This document shows positions 1 through 14,339 of a stretch of 64,000 nt of DNA, piece by piece. The notes beneath the pieces were generated by a model, which saw only the letters and a program-made list of their open reading frames with translations, did no database searches and had not been told where the DNA came from. The stretch comes from Phoronis australis (Eukaryota > Animalia > Phoronida). A program made the position numbers and the translations under genes. The DNA lies in the NCBI GenBank assembly GCA_002633005.1, contig NMRA01000206.1, positions 207,250 through 271,249 on the forward strand, read 5' to 3'. Numbering within the stretch: the first letter of the stretch is position 1; the number at the start of each line of letters is the position of its first letter.

Positions 1-48
1 CCCTTACTGAAAACGTAAATCTGCCATTGCCAAGGTTAGATGAAATAA

Positions 49-140
49 TTCCGAAGGTTCGCTACTCCGAAGTTCCACTACTCCGAATGTTCGCCACCTT
101 CGAAAGTTCACTATTTCGAATGTCCCAAATTCCAAAACAG
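49..140. repeat. Degenerate 18-bp tandem repeat (TTCCGAAGGTTCGCTACT-like, about 5 units)
   Basis: Recurring (T)CCGAA.GTTC.CTA.T units. Confidence 0.6.
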
Positions 141-189
141 TTATTTTTTCATAAAAAACACAGCCCTAGGAGTCGCTTTCGCATTATAT

Positions 190-317
190 CCAGGTTCTAG
201 TGACACCCTTGCACATATTCGCTAGTAAGACCGAGCTATGAGGAGTTGAAGTCAGGATTAGAACTCGGGTCTCTCTCCAACACTAGTCCCGACCTCAAAC
301 CACTTAGCCACACAGTT
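190..317 (-). mobile_element. tRNA-derived SINE head
   Basis: Minus-strand A box TGGCTAAGTGG (310-300) and B box GAGTTCTAATCC (266-255). Confidence 0.5.
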
Positions 318-991
318 AATTACTCTGAATGTCTGCTAATGAGTTGTAAAAAACATGATTAAATTACTGTATTTATGTCCATTTAGTAACCATTTAAAGG
401 GTGTGCAAAAGTTGACTAGTTCTTAATATATTGATTTCATGGTTGAGCTCGGTTTCAATCACTGCCAATCGTGATTCGTGAATCTACTTGTAACTGACTG
501 CTCATTCTCAATTAGAGGCAACATCTGGGCATGGGTTCGGGCTGCGACGATCAACGGTTTTAAATTTAAGAAGACTGAATGGGGTTCACTAACTATGTGA
601 AGACTGGCAGGGACACGGTAGCCTGCTAACTACATTTAATTTCGACCCGCCCTGTGCGTGATTCCGGAGGGTGAGGTTCAGGCACAGCGGCCCTAAACTT
701 TTTAGTGGCGCAATGAGATGATGCTATCTTGACATGGATTTGATGAAGGTATCGAGGTTGATAATTCATCAATATTCATACTCCAAATTGTTTAGAATGC
801 AATAACGTTAACACGCAAAACATGTAACTAGATAAACAAGTTAATCTCCGACTAAATATTTCTGTCCGAGAAGGTGTAATCGTTCATTTAAAATGTCTGA
901 ATTGAAAATTTGACAGGAAGTAACGAGGAGAACGTTTTGGATCACATTACATCAGAATTGAGTCCCGTTCTTGGCGAGCAACCGTCACGGC

Positions 992-1781
992 CTCGCTGGT
1001 TCCCTGCGTGCCGCTGGGTGGTAGCCACGACGAAGGTATCACTTAATTTTCCTCGAGAACATTACGGCGTTTTCCCGTTGCTCCCAACTTGTTCGATTCT
1101 ATATCCCAACAGCAATTGGGCAAGTTTACCCCTGTAGCCAATATCTTGCACGACTGATTAACACCATTCTGGTATTTTGGTTGGAGGGCCAGCTTGGCAG
1201 TTAACAAAGAAGCTAGATGTTATCACACGCTCAGAACCCTCTTCGGCTGGTAAAGTCACTGAACAGGAGAACGCTGTCACGAAATTATTACACCGGCGTT
1301 TCTGATTGGCTGGTCGATTTCTAAACAGGCAGTATTTTACGCAAACAAACTGGCATGACTGATGGATGAAGTGTAAATGTAGTCTGTTGTACAGACAAAT
1401 CAGGGCTTAAAATTCATGATCAATAAATGTGAATCCCAGAAAATTGTGGATGCTCCTTTTCGGAGTGCATCTTTCTACTGTCGCTGACTTTTGTTTACGT
1501 TGCTGTCCCGTGTTCCTACAGACTTGAATAACACAATAGTTAAATCGGCCAGATGACGGAGCGTTTCTTGTACACGTACATGTATGGGCTTCAAGCACGC
1601 AGCTATTAAACATTAGGCCTACTGCAGAAACAAAATAGTTGCTGCTACGACACTTGCATGGACAAGGCTAAAAGCATTCATAGTCCGCCATTTTCTCACT
1701 TTGTTGTAAGCTCACCAATGACTGTCGATGTTACATCAACCAATGATAAAGCGCCTGCTGCCTGCGCAGGGAACCAGCGAG
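992..1781. mobile_element. MITE family A copy 1 (17-bp TIR CTCGCTGGTTCCCTGCG, perfect 10-bp TSD CCGTCACGGC)
   Basis: TIRs 992-1008 and 1765-1781; TSD 982-991 and 1782-1791; internal sequence shared with copies at 3814 and 41151. Confidence 0.9.
1062..1279. mobile_element. Small TIR element nested in family A copy 1
   Basis: Segment absent from copies 2 and 3; imperfect 18-bp TIR TTACGGCGTTTTCCCGTT / AACAGGAGAACGCTGTCA. Confidence 0.6.
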
Positions 1782-3813
1782 CCGTCACGGCATCCTCGTA
1801 TCTGGTATTACTAATTCCGTCTCATCTCAAAAAAACGTTGAACTGAGAGTCACCGTTGTGTATACAAAGTTTCCTTCCCCCTGATTAAGCTGCGTCAACT
1901 GAGGGCCTTAATGAAAACTCCACAGTGTCGACGTTTACCAAAATACCAAAGATCCACCGTTCAAGAAATTCGAACCACCCCCTGCACAATGCTGGCTACG
2001 GGCCCAGTTCTTTGACAAGCAATGTTTTCAACAAGTCAGAGATAATATTGCGGTCTGAATTCAGTTCTCTGTGGCAAGCTACAGATGGATATACATGTAA
2101 GTTATATTTACAAATAATACAGTGCTTGCCGATAGTTCATAAATAATCAATCTTTGAAGTTGTTTCACGCCTAAACAAGATTTTAAATCTCAGGCTCCTT
2201 GTTTTCAAAATGTAGGCCTACTCTGCATCCACAGCTGTCATAACGTAGCATTAATAGCAGCAACAGTAGCTTTAGTAATATATTACTAAAAAATGATAAA
2301 AGGTAGCCAAATTCATGTCGTGTCAGCCCATGTAATTCCTATAGAAGATGTATACGAAAAGTGCAGCCCAAAAGGGTGTTTTTTTCACAGAAAAAATACT
2401 CTCCAAAATGTTGACATTTTCGACAAAACTATATCTAAAAGGTGACTTTCCTGAATTTCTGATCCAGAAGTGTGCGAAAATGTGAATTTGTACACAAATT
2501 AGTCTCTAAATGGGTCAATTTTTGTTCGACCCCACTCCCTGAACGGGTAGATATTCAAACTTTTCGAGCAGCACTCCTCGTCTAAAAATACTCCAGTACC
2601 CTCCGGCCGTGTCAGATACCACTTGTTCGTGATTTTGGTATTTTCTTTGCAATATGACGCGGGTTTCGTAAAATGTAACAATGATATTTTTTTGCATGTG
2701 CGTTGGACGTGAAATGTAACTACTACGTATGTAACAAATTGTTACATTTTAGGAGAGGCTTAGCAACGTAAAATGTAACGAAATTGTTACATTTTACGGC
2801 GTATCAGTATCTTTATCGTCGCAAGCGCAAAAGTTACAATTCAGCGTAAAATTTCAAATTATTGGATAAACATGCACGATTAAACTAAAAGTCTAACTCA
2901 AGAATAGATTTTTCTAAAAAGTCAGTTAAAGCATTTTGAAACTCTGTTCACGAAAATTTCTTCTTTTCAATGGGCGCTCTTTCGGGGACTTTCATTCAGT
3001 GGTGCACTTATTTGGAAATTTCCGGTATATGTTTTAACATAAGCCCTTATCTATCTGAAAAGCAAATGTAAGTGCTTAATCTGGACGTAGACTAATGTGC
3101 AAGCACGTGCATACCTGTATGCACGCAGACTAGGCGTACTGAGTGAGCCTTTTTCCATTCAATGGTAAGAACCTTTACTGCATTCAACGAGACAAACAGC
3201 AGTGCGTATTTTTAAATAATGGTTTGCGCCAGAGCATTAATTTCAAACATTGTTTTACTCGATTGGTTGTCGTATACATGTAGGTGCGTGATCTAATTCC
3301 GAATATAGGAGTAGCTTTGAACGTAGGTGCATGGCTCTAAATTAAACAAGCACATATAACGTAAAACAAAATGGAACAGTGATCGACGTGACATTTTGAA
3401 AAGCTTAGAAGACTTTCTTTCGTTCTTTCGCAAAAACTGAGATTCCGATGTTAGCGGTTTACATTTTTGGGAGGCCACTTCAATGACTCCTCCGTTTTTC
3501 TGCAACAATAGTTTAAAATTGTTTCGCGTTAGCAATTAGATATTCTGATGTCGGAAATACATGTAGCAAGTTTCAACTCGTCTCCAATCAAGACAATCAG
3601 GAACTGTGTAAAAATGACTATCGACCCTAGTTTCATATTCGGACGCTTGACTGAAGCGAAAATTTCTTTTAGGGCTCTCGAACCAATTTTCAACTATGTT
3701 TTTGTGTTCTCCTAATGGTACAACTCGATCGCGAAAAATGTTTTTAGCCCGAGAACATCCAATGGAATGGGCTTATTGAATATTACGCCACCGATGCCAA
3801 ACTCCAAGCTCGA

Positions 3814-4340
3814 GTCGCTGGTTCCCTGCGTGCCGCTAGGTGGTCAGTAGCCAGCACGCAGGTATCACTTAATTTTCCTCGGGAAATTTTTGTACACAGG
3901 CGTTTTTGATTGGCTACTCGGATTCTCAACAGGCAGCGCTTTACGCAAACAAATTGGCATGACTGATGGACTGACGTGAAAATGTGATCCGTTGTCAGAC
4001 AAATCGGTGTTTAAACTTTATGTTCGGGAAATGTGACTCCTAGAAATTGTGGAGTGCATCTTTCTACTGCCGATGACTTTTGTTTACGGTACTGTCCTGT
4101 ATTCATACAGTATGAAAAGCACACCGGTTAAATCGGACAGATGCCGTGGCTATTAAACGTCACTGCAGAAACGAAATAGTTGCCACTTGCATGACAAGGC
4201 TAAAAATCGTTCACAGTCCGCTATTTCTTCACGGTGTTGTAAAGCTAACCAATGACTGCTGAGGTTACATCAACCAATGCTAAAGCGCGTGCCACTACGT
4301 GATACCTGCGTGCTGTCAAGGCACGTAGGGGACCAGCGAG
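3814..4340. mobile_element. MITE family A copy 2
   Basis: Same TIR and body; degenerate flanks CAAGCTCGAG / CAAGGTGGAC. Confidence 0.85.
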
Positions 4341-7014
4341 CAAGGTGGACTGCTTTGTCTGACCGGTGGCGCCCCCCAACGAATGAGATGTATTGGCATA
4401 ACAGAGAACTTAGTCCACGTTGATTGACGATTTGCCGGTAAACACCCTATCTTTTGTGGACGTGTTGTCACAAACGTACACGGAAACTCGCCCAGGCTGT
4501 TATAGTTACGCTTGTTGACGTGGCCGACTTAAGGAAGAGTTTTCGAAATTCGAGCTAGGTACATGTATGAGGGCATTTGATTATGTGGAGTGACAAGCCT
4601 TTGCTTTGTTTTGGCAATTGAAGTGATACATGTACTATCAAGGCTTAGTATCATTTCAGGAAAATTATGCAAGACATTCAGCAATTCGGCGATTAGTAAT
4701 TTCCTTCTTTCTTTTTTTAAGTTTTGCTTATTAGGCGTTTTATTAAACTGCAAAAACGAGCTGCACAGTGACATTTCCACGAGAAAATCAGCAGAAGAAT
4801 ATTTGATACCGCTGTCAATACTTACCGACACATCTCTTTATAATGATCGGCTGAACCGTTTTGCCTTCCAGTCCGCAAGTCTACCATTGCTTGTTGAATT
4901 TGTCCCAAGCAGAAATTTACTTCTTCTACCGTGCAATAATTCGCAGTTGTCAGTGCAGAACCTGCAACTGGAAAAGCCAAGGATGATATTTTACGTATAC
5001 ATCAGTAACATCGTATTGGCCTGTTCTCACCTATTTACATTGGCACGACGTTACGGTCAGTTATTTCTCCGGACATCTATGTCGGCAGGGATAATGACGC
5101 CATATCCCCTGGCGCGAGCAGTGTAAAAATGGCCAGTTGCCGAAGGACTAGTTTAATTTCGGGAGTACAAGTATTTCCTGCGAGTAAGCAGGTAGAATTC
5201 GTTTTTGACATTTTATCAAACCATCAAACGGGTCACGTGACTACGTCTTTTTTATTACCGAAAAAGAAAGGTACACTGGCAGTAAAACAACGGTACCGAT
5301 AACATGATCGAAATTTAGTTGATCTAAATAATCAAGATGAGAACTCAAAAAACGCAGTTGCAGTTTTCGAAAATATTATTTCCTTTTCGCTTAATGCAAC
5401 CTTAGAGTTTTCATAAAAATCATGCAAGTCCTATTTTCCATAGCCTCCCATACAAAAATGGAATATTTTAAGAGCAATTCCTAACTGAGTTTTGGAGAAC
5501 CGAGCATAGACTATAGTATCGGAACATTCTATATAAATCCGGTCAGCCGATTCTGAGTTGTGATGTTCCGAAGTTAACCAATTAATGTGGACATTTTCCT
5601 AGGATTCTGATTTCAGTCACTTGTACTCGATATTCAACATTGATTACGCGAGTTCTACAGAATCACCTGAAAAGCCAATTGACATCGTCTAAAGCACCAG
5701 CGCAAATAACGTACAGTAACACTATCGGTGTGCGAAATCATGTATTGAAAAATAAAACAGTGTACAGACCCTCTCAGAACAAATGACTGGCTGCTAATCT
5801 CCCAAGATTTTGGTGAATGTGTGTACTACATGTACATGTAAGTGCTTTTGTTCCCATCATTCTCAGCTGCCATGCGTTTTGACAACCAACACATATGTAC
5901 ATGTACATGTATGGTGAGGATGAAATGCTATTACTGATTTCGGATCATTGCATGGTACAGTGTACATTGATTACGTTTTACACTGGTCGTTTCGAAATAT
6001 CTCCAGATATTGTGTTAAAGGTTTACTACATTGTCGTATGGGCTCCTGTGAAAATTTTTGCTTGTGGGGGTTTCCCGTCATCCTGGACCCTCTTTCTGTA
6101 CCATCTGCGTTGAATCCGTTCAAGTATTTATACTATTTATTTCCCTTTACTATTCGACATCCCAAACAAACTAAGTAAACCGATTAACACGTCGGCCTTG
6201 GAAGCTGTTTGTTGTGCAAGGGGAAGCATGGTTATTTTCGGGAGAGAAGATTATCAAGCTAAATAACTTGACGTGACACGTTCGTATAACCATGCCATTT
6301 TTCTTATCTAAACACACATAAACACGCGCCAAGATTTGCAAACTCTTTCTATTTCATTATTTCGTTTGGAACTTAAGGAATGCCGAGGCGGGTGCTATAA
6401 AAAATTTACTACTTTTAATTCAGTTGCAGACAATGGTTGTTTCCGAACATGTGGAAATGTGAGAGTGGCCGACACAGAGCCGAGACAAAAACATAATTGG
6501 CATGTTTGTTTCAAAGCTTGGATTTTTCGCTAATATGACAACGGTCAAAGGAGTATTTATAGACTCAGCAAACTGGAAAGTTGTCACCTGGCGGTTTCAT
6601 TAGTTTATTTACAAGATAATTATATGCTACGGAAAATCTTTTGCTTACTAACATGTTAGGGGAATGTAAGTTAAAAATAGTTTCTTTTTAAAAGAGTTTA
6701 ACTGTCATTCCATTCTAAGGTCACCGACTCAAATCTCGAAAAAATATTTGTACAGCACATGTACATACATCCTGGTGGAATATGTTCGAAATACTTAATA
6801 TTGAAATTTTTGGGTCATTATCTTTTAACCCAAATGGCTCATTTTGTATGCAAAAAGGATCAATTAGTGAAGTTATTTAAGACGGCTAAAAGAACGTAGA
6901 AGAAAACATAATGTTTACACATTGAACCTCTCCGTTTCCGTTAACGTTTATTGTAGTGCCAAACTTCCGTAGATTTTGTGTCTTTAAGTTTTAGCCGTGT
7001 TTTGGGAGCCGTGA

Positions 7015-7120
7015 GGGTCAGTTTGCGGGGTGCTCTGGGGGCCAGTGTGCGGGGTGTTCTGGGGGTCAGTTNGGGCCAGTGTACGGGATGCTCTGGGGGT
7101 CAGTTTGCGGGTGCTGGGGA
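7015..7120. repeat. G-rich 24-bp minisatellite broken by the N join at 7072
   Basis: GGGGGTCAGTTTGCGGGGTGCTCT units on both sides of the N. Confidence 0.75.
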
Positions 7121-10100
7121 TTTCGAATGATTTTTTCATCAGTTTTCTGACTGACTAAGAAGATAAAAAAGAAAAATATGGGGTTTTTGTTTGTTTTCAA
7201 GCAACAGCCGCTAGAAAAGACATGTCATCGCGTATTTTACGGTGCCTGACTACAGGCAATATGTAGCGCTATCTCATAAACCTCATAAAGGGGCTTCATT
7301 TATTTTTGAAAATGTGTTTCTATGGTGATCAAATCAGTCGACGTCAATTTTTATATACTTTGACTACTGCTGGCCACCCTGGTGGCAGTTGCTATAACTA
7401 GATTTGTTTGGTGAAATTTCATGAAATTTGGCCCATCGAGGAAATGATGGCACATGCGTGTTTGTGAAAGACGTTTCAATCTAATTCTGTTACGATATTT
7501 TGTTTTTGTCTACTACTGTACCTGAGGATGACTTTTGATAAATATCGAAACGTCGTCTACATGTTGCACCCTAGCGTCGTTTTGCTTTCCACTTCTAACT
7601 TCTAGCTTTGACAAAAGCTAGTACTATTTACATGCATGTTTTCGAATGAGTCTAACCTGCGGCGCCAGACCAGTGACAGTTTTAGCACTTTGGAAACCGT
7701 ACATACGTCTAACGTGAACGTCTCCCTGATTATTAGTGTACAGGTAACGTCTACCCAATTACCTGATAATCATTAAATAAAAAATAAAGTCACTTTAATC
7801 TGTGCTTTGTCATGTTAACAGGATGTCAATCGTTTAAGCGATTCTACTTAAATCTGAATATTTTGTCACTTTATGTCACACTGACATGGGAGATAACTGA
7901 AAGCACGGGATTCAAAATTTTCATTGTCGCTACGTCTTACACCTACATGTAGCGAAGTGATCTCAGTACAAATTAATACGCAAACTAAAATGATCCTAGC
8001 AGCCTTTTGTCACAGTAAGTAACTTAGAATGTACTTTGGAAATTTTCTAAAATACCGGGTGAACCAAGCTCACGTTAAGTATGAGAGTAGACATGCATAC
8101 TTGTTACAATGGCGACTGAGTACCATAAAAGTTTTTGTCATTAAACTAGAAATTGACTAGCATGATAATAAATAATATGAACATATAACCCAGAAAGGAT
8201 TCGAGTAAGCTTCACACTTCAGACTTTTCACATGTTGTTGCTTTGATATACCTTGACGTAGAAAGTAACTAGTAACAAAACATGAATAAAAAGCCCACTT
8301 TGTGCACAGAATTTAGAAAAAATGTGTCCTGTTGTGACACATAATCAAACCTTGAACAGAAATTGACTTTCAAACAACGATTTCGGAACAATTTCAACAG
8401 GATTTAGCAGAATCAAGGTCAATTGAATAGGCACATTCATAATAGATATGGCTCAATTACAAAGCTGCTTTTTGTAGCAGCGTGTCTACAAATGTATTAT
8501 AGCTAAATTTTCACCGATGACAATGTAGCCGGTTGTCTTTCACTTCAGATAAGTTGCCATGTTGTCCAAAGTTACACCTCCGTGATTAAATTCAGGTGAA
8601 AACTCTTGGATTGTACAGAATGGCAGGTAAAGATACGTGTTACAAAATTTTAGTGCTATAATAATTGTGAAAATAATGTTTAAGCACTTTAAATCTGTAA
8701 CCTATGCTGCTGACAACGCAAGATGGCCGACCCAAATTTTGACACGTGAACAGCGTTAACTTTCGAATGCACCATGCGATTTTGACATTTTTTTCGTATT
8801 TAAGAGATTGATGCCTTTCCTTTGATGTAGGCGTTTGTCTTCAAAGTGAAAAAATAATTTTCGGTTCGATCGCTTCACACAGTCTCAAACCCATAATTCA
8901 AAAGAATTTTTATAAATAAAAGCTAAATTGTCGTGAAATATTGCACAAATCGGAATATTTCATTAAAAACACATGAACTAATCATGTTAGCCTAAAAAGT
9001 GTTCCTCAGGTCCCCAACCATTTTGGGTATTGGCACCAAACAATTATATCAACACTTATGCCTGTGTAATCTTTGACCCACGGTTAGTTATGAACGCTCA
9101 CTGGGTGAAATGGTAATATATCAGAAAGCATTATGGTCTGTAAAATGTTGATTCCAATATTAATTATCTTTCTTGACACCATTTTAAACGTAACTAAGTT
9201 ACAAAAACATTATTTTAAAAAACGTAGAATACGCAACATTGAGTCGTTTTTAGAACCATGATGAAAAAATCCCGTTCAATAGATTTTCTTAATATTTTAC
9301 ATATCCAATATCTATCCAAAAGCATAAATTTCAATATCCACAGCCCCACAAACTGGCTTGTAGAAGCACTTGAATGACACCCACTTTCAACACTACAAAA
9401 AAGTGCTTAATGATTTACCTCGCCTGTCGCGTGATGAATGCAGCGAATTCATTAATATTAAGTTTATTTTGTAGTCCCAATGTCCCATTTTCTAGCATCA
9501 TTATGTGTTTTCTTTCATCGCATGCAATCTACCTGTTTTTGTACTGGAAATTTGCTGTTTTCGGTATGCAAAAACCTGTCATTTTCTTCGTAAACGTTTG
9601 GAGGGCTATAAGTGAAAAACTAAGAGGTCAATAAGTGTAAAATTGGTGACTTTTTTTTCAGAGTCACTCCACGATCACATACACAAAATTTAAGTTGGAT
9701 CTGGAAGATGACACCTAGGTGATTTTTTATTTAGGTTTGATTTTCTCGTGGAATGGCTCTTAATTAGTCGGAAATACACTCTCCGTTGTTTAAGTGGCCA
9801 AGATTCACTGCTAAAGGGAACGACTCCGTGGACCCGACTCACTGAACCACGACAAAGAAGTACTCAAAGTAGACCTGTAAGGTGAAAAGTGTAAACCACC
9901 ACATCACGAGGTGTTTTTGAGAGATGGGACATGCTTGTACATGTAGTTTTTCAAGCTCCAAACTTTGTAGAGTGATTGGTTAGTGTCATTTCGGAATTAG
10001 CGATCCATTATAAGTTTCCGCTTGAATTCTCCGAATCTCTCGTATAATGCAACCCGTACATTTTTGGATCGTCCAAACATTAAATTGTCCAGTTTGCAAG

Positions 10101-13100
10101 CCTTCTACTGATGCTCCAGGCTTCTAATTTCATGCTTTGGTCCCTTGCAATAACCACGTGACTAATGATACTTCCGGCACATAATTCGACGTTAAACCTA
10201 GCACTAGCCTGGAACGTGTGTCCCTTACTCGGACTGAAAATAACTTGTGATTTTGGGATGAAATAACACTTATTTAAGTATTACTAGATGGCAAGGCCAG
10301 AGAAGTTGGCTTGATCTTGCGGCAAATCAAACGAGCGTGGCATCAAGCAAAAACGATCTGTCAGTTCTTACCAAACTAAGATTTATCTACATGGTATAAT
10401 GTGAGCGAGAAACTTTTTGCCAACAATTTTTTAACGGAAAGTTGTCTAAATAAAATTGCGTTTTTGAAAAAGCCCAGGCCAAAAAGCATTTGCTGGATGT
10501 TTAGTAATTAATTCGAGTAGCGAAAACGATTGTCGCTCGGATGAGTGACAGGAAACAGTGGACCTAGAGAAGTGTAAACAAGCAGTGGTCAACGAATCCG
10601 GTTCTCATTAGCAACAGGGGTTCGTTTACATCGGAGTGCCGTAATTCACTAATGGGCGACCACTGATTTGTGTAATAATAACTGATTAGGAAGGCTGATT
10701 ACAGGTCATGACCGCAATGCAAGATCAGGGTTACTTATACTAATTGCACTAACTGTTTGTTCCATTACACATCTTAGTAAATTGTCGCAAAATAGATTAA
10801 ATATCACTACAACAGTTTTCCGAAACTGTCGTCAAATTCTACGTGAGCTGATTAAAGTGGTTCACGGGGACTTGCCGCAGCCCACATCTGCCCTCCCCGT
10901 GCGCCTATGTAGCTACCGATGTGTTGTAAGAATGCAAACACGTACACATAAAGTGATCCATGTACCTGTCTATCAAGCTATCTGCGGTACGGTCACTAGC
11001 GTGACCGTCCGGAACCGGCGCTCGACGCACTTTTTGGCGTTCCTGCTGCCCAAGTCTACCACGGCACTTGCTCCCAAAGAGATCAAGTTTGCTGAATTAA
11101 ACCGTCAGCCCGTCCAAACGGTTATTGTTCCCCAAACTTGTTCATTTGCGACAAACTCCGTTCGCGTTAACGTGTATGTTAGTCCAATGTAATAAAAGTC
11201 ACACGTACATGTATATAAATTAAAAGGAACCTAATTAATGATTAATTGACATTGGGGACATTTTCGCATAAATCACAAAACAAAAAATGACATGGACATG
11301 AGTTTTGAGATCAATCAATGTATTAGAAGCAATTTTTATCATTAGTGGGAATGTCAAACAAATATTTATTTTAGGGAGTTTTGCGCCAGCTTCATTCTGC
11401 AAAATATCCATAGCGTTATGCATTCAAACTGCAAAAATGAACAAACGGTTTTTTCGAAGTCAATTTAATGACGATAAATAACAATAACGAAATGAGAAAC
11501 GTATTATTGTTGCAACAGAAAAATGCACTCATCGTGGTCGTACTTACAGTATGTACATGTAACTAGTGGTACTGACATAAAGGTACATGTATAATCGCGA
11601 GCAAATACCACGTATTTTACGACATGGTGTTCTCGCATCATATTTGTACAAAATCATCCGCGGGGAAGTTCAAACCCATTTGCTGATGGATCAAGGATGT
11701 CGCAAGGAGGTGGCCTAGGTGCAACCGTGATTTTTGAAGGAAAATTCTGCCCTTCTCTTGAAAACGACATGCCGGTGCCTTTTTAGTCGTGTCCGGAGTG
11801 GGGAGCGAACATGTGTGGACCTTCTGACTCCACCAATAGGGTTTTATTAACACTTATTGATTACCAGTGCACCTTCGATATGACATTATCTTCTTGGCAA
11901 TAAAAAAATTAACTAAATAATTAAGTTCTTAACTTATTACGGAAATACATGTACCAGTAAAATAGCCACAAACAGAAAGTTGAAAGGTATGGGATTTTAC
12001 ACAGAAAATTGAGACAATGACATGACGAAACAAACAAGCGTGGGTACATGTACATGTATGTTGTTCACTAAGTTTTCCCATTTTAGTAATATCTATCGTT
12101 TCATGAAGATTCGTTCTACGTTTTAAGTTGATGCTAACAACGGAAATGGCATCTCTAAAACACAAGCCATTGAACACTGGCAGAAAATTAATCAACTCTC
12201 AGTCCTGAGTTCGTGGCTTTAGCACTGGGTCGTTTCTCACCAGAACACGCTAAATATTTCTGGCGGGAATCTAGATTGGTGAGGATACGTCTTGCCCGTG
12301 TCAAAGGGGACACGTTTATCATCAAGCCATTTGGATCAATTTAAAACATACAGTTTTGTTCATGGGTGTAGCGAGCAAAAAGTTAATTGCGTTAGCGTGT
12401 AATGAGGCTAGATAAACAAGCGGACATTGCTGTTTACTTAACGAGACCCTAAGAAAACAAAACTTTTTTGTTTTTGAAAACCTGCGGGAGGCTGGTTCAG
12501 GCCACCAAGCGAGGCTTGCGCTATTGGTCTTCAATAATATACCAATTGAATTTGATAAAACTAACATAACAGTTGGAGGTGATAAAACTAGACTAATAAA
12601 CATTGATTTCTAAAATGCATTCTCAGACTGGACACAGGCACGCCTTCCCCAAAATAACGCAGCTGGCATGAAGTCTTTCGGAGATACGCGGAAACTTCCC
12701 GTCCGAAATGTTAGCTACACTGTAACCTTCCCTCTCCCTGTCGACCACTACTAGAACCTACAGAAGACCCGACTTCGCATTTTTACTGGATTCTTAAGAG
12801 GTGCATACAACATGTCACTCGCACGCCATTGTGACTAACTCAGGTAAACGGTACAACTGAAATATTAACTCAGTTTCACACATGTACGGAAACTTTGTAA
12901 AAGTACGAATAAGATTTCCTTAAGAAAGTGTCCCTAATTGCAGCGGTGCACGTAATTCAACATTGGCACGACTTGTTTCTGGGCTGCCATGCAACTTATG
13001 ATAAAGGTACATGTAACCATTGTGCTTCCAATACATGTATATTCACAATCGTAAACTGTCCAAAGTTATCTTTTCATGCCAGCATTATCTCAGGAAAACA

Positions 13101-14339
13101 AAGCTTAATTGGCAAAATTGTGAATAAAAGTTAACGAATTGAAATGAAGAAACGATATGAAAGTAGTATAAATTGAAACGCAAATGAGTGTCCAGTGGTC
13201 AAAGCTGCAAACTGACCGGTAAAGGCTGAGCAGGGATGACGTCACTCAGATGCGCAGTTAGAATTTGGTAATGTACATGTACGCCTGAAGTCGCTCTTGG
13301 GGCAAAACCTAGTTTCAAAAGCGACCAAGATGAAGTTTCAATTGGAACATGGTGTCAAACAGAGCAAGAAACGAAAGAAGTCGGGGACAGGAGCAACAAT
13401 AACGGATGTGCAATGATCACGGCGGTGAAGGTAACGCCGAGAAAATACATGGTGATGTTGGGCCGTACAAATATTGTTGGTGATGACATCAAAGTTGCGC
13501 ACTAAGTAATAGAAAGGTGTGAAACTAAATACACTCGGCAATACTTACGAAAGGAGGCCGCAACAACTACAAGCCACGAGCAGCGCGTGAAGATTCCCAT
13601 CACAACGAACCAATGACTGTTTGAAACTTAGGCCCCACGCTCCTACAACCGTCTGTCGCGTGAAAAGTCCACGAATGAATCTAAAACGATAGTTTTTTTA
13701 GGAAGTCAGAGAGACATATGACGTCATGGTTCGAGCACAACAATACTAAAATACTTTAAAGTGAATTCGAACTTACGTTTGTCCAACACGTTATTTCTCT
13801 GCCACACCAGATTTGTGCACCAATCACGGGGGCTTCCAGGACGTCAATAGAACCATTCTGTCCATTAGAATTAAGAAAAAAACATTGCTGCTGGCTTAGA
13901 TAATGCTTGAACGACTATTTACATAGCATGCAATGATATACGTCGTCTGTCAGGAGTGCCCCCTTTCTGACAAACTATCCCGATAACCCGCACTTGACGT
14001 TTCACAACTGTTCGACAATAAAACACCGAGATCGCTGCAGTTTGTAAAACATGATACATGTGGCGAGACCTCACATCTGGCCTACTCAGAACACAACAAA
14101 ATAAACTGTCGGAAATGATGCAATGATTTACGGTAGTTCCAAGTGGCGTCAAACTCGAACATTGGCTGGTGAATATTAAAACAATGGAATTTGCGTGTTG
14201 GCGGTACCGGCATTACATCATGATCGTTTAGCTTCGTGTATATGGACTTTGCCTACATTTGTCTAAGCACGTATACATACACTGTATACCCGCCACATAT
14301 TCATACGATGAGAGTCGCATGCAAATTTAGGCGGCAAAC

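Noticed and set aside
4590-5126. 178-aa ORF
   Set aside because: GTG start, no domain, no convincing splice context; likely chance
6697-9763. Single 3-kb Kolobok-like element
   Set aside because: TTAA-flanked ends match only weakly (CATTCCA) and an N join lies inside; boundaries cannot be supported
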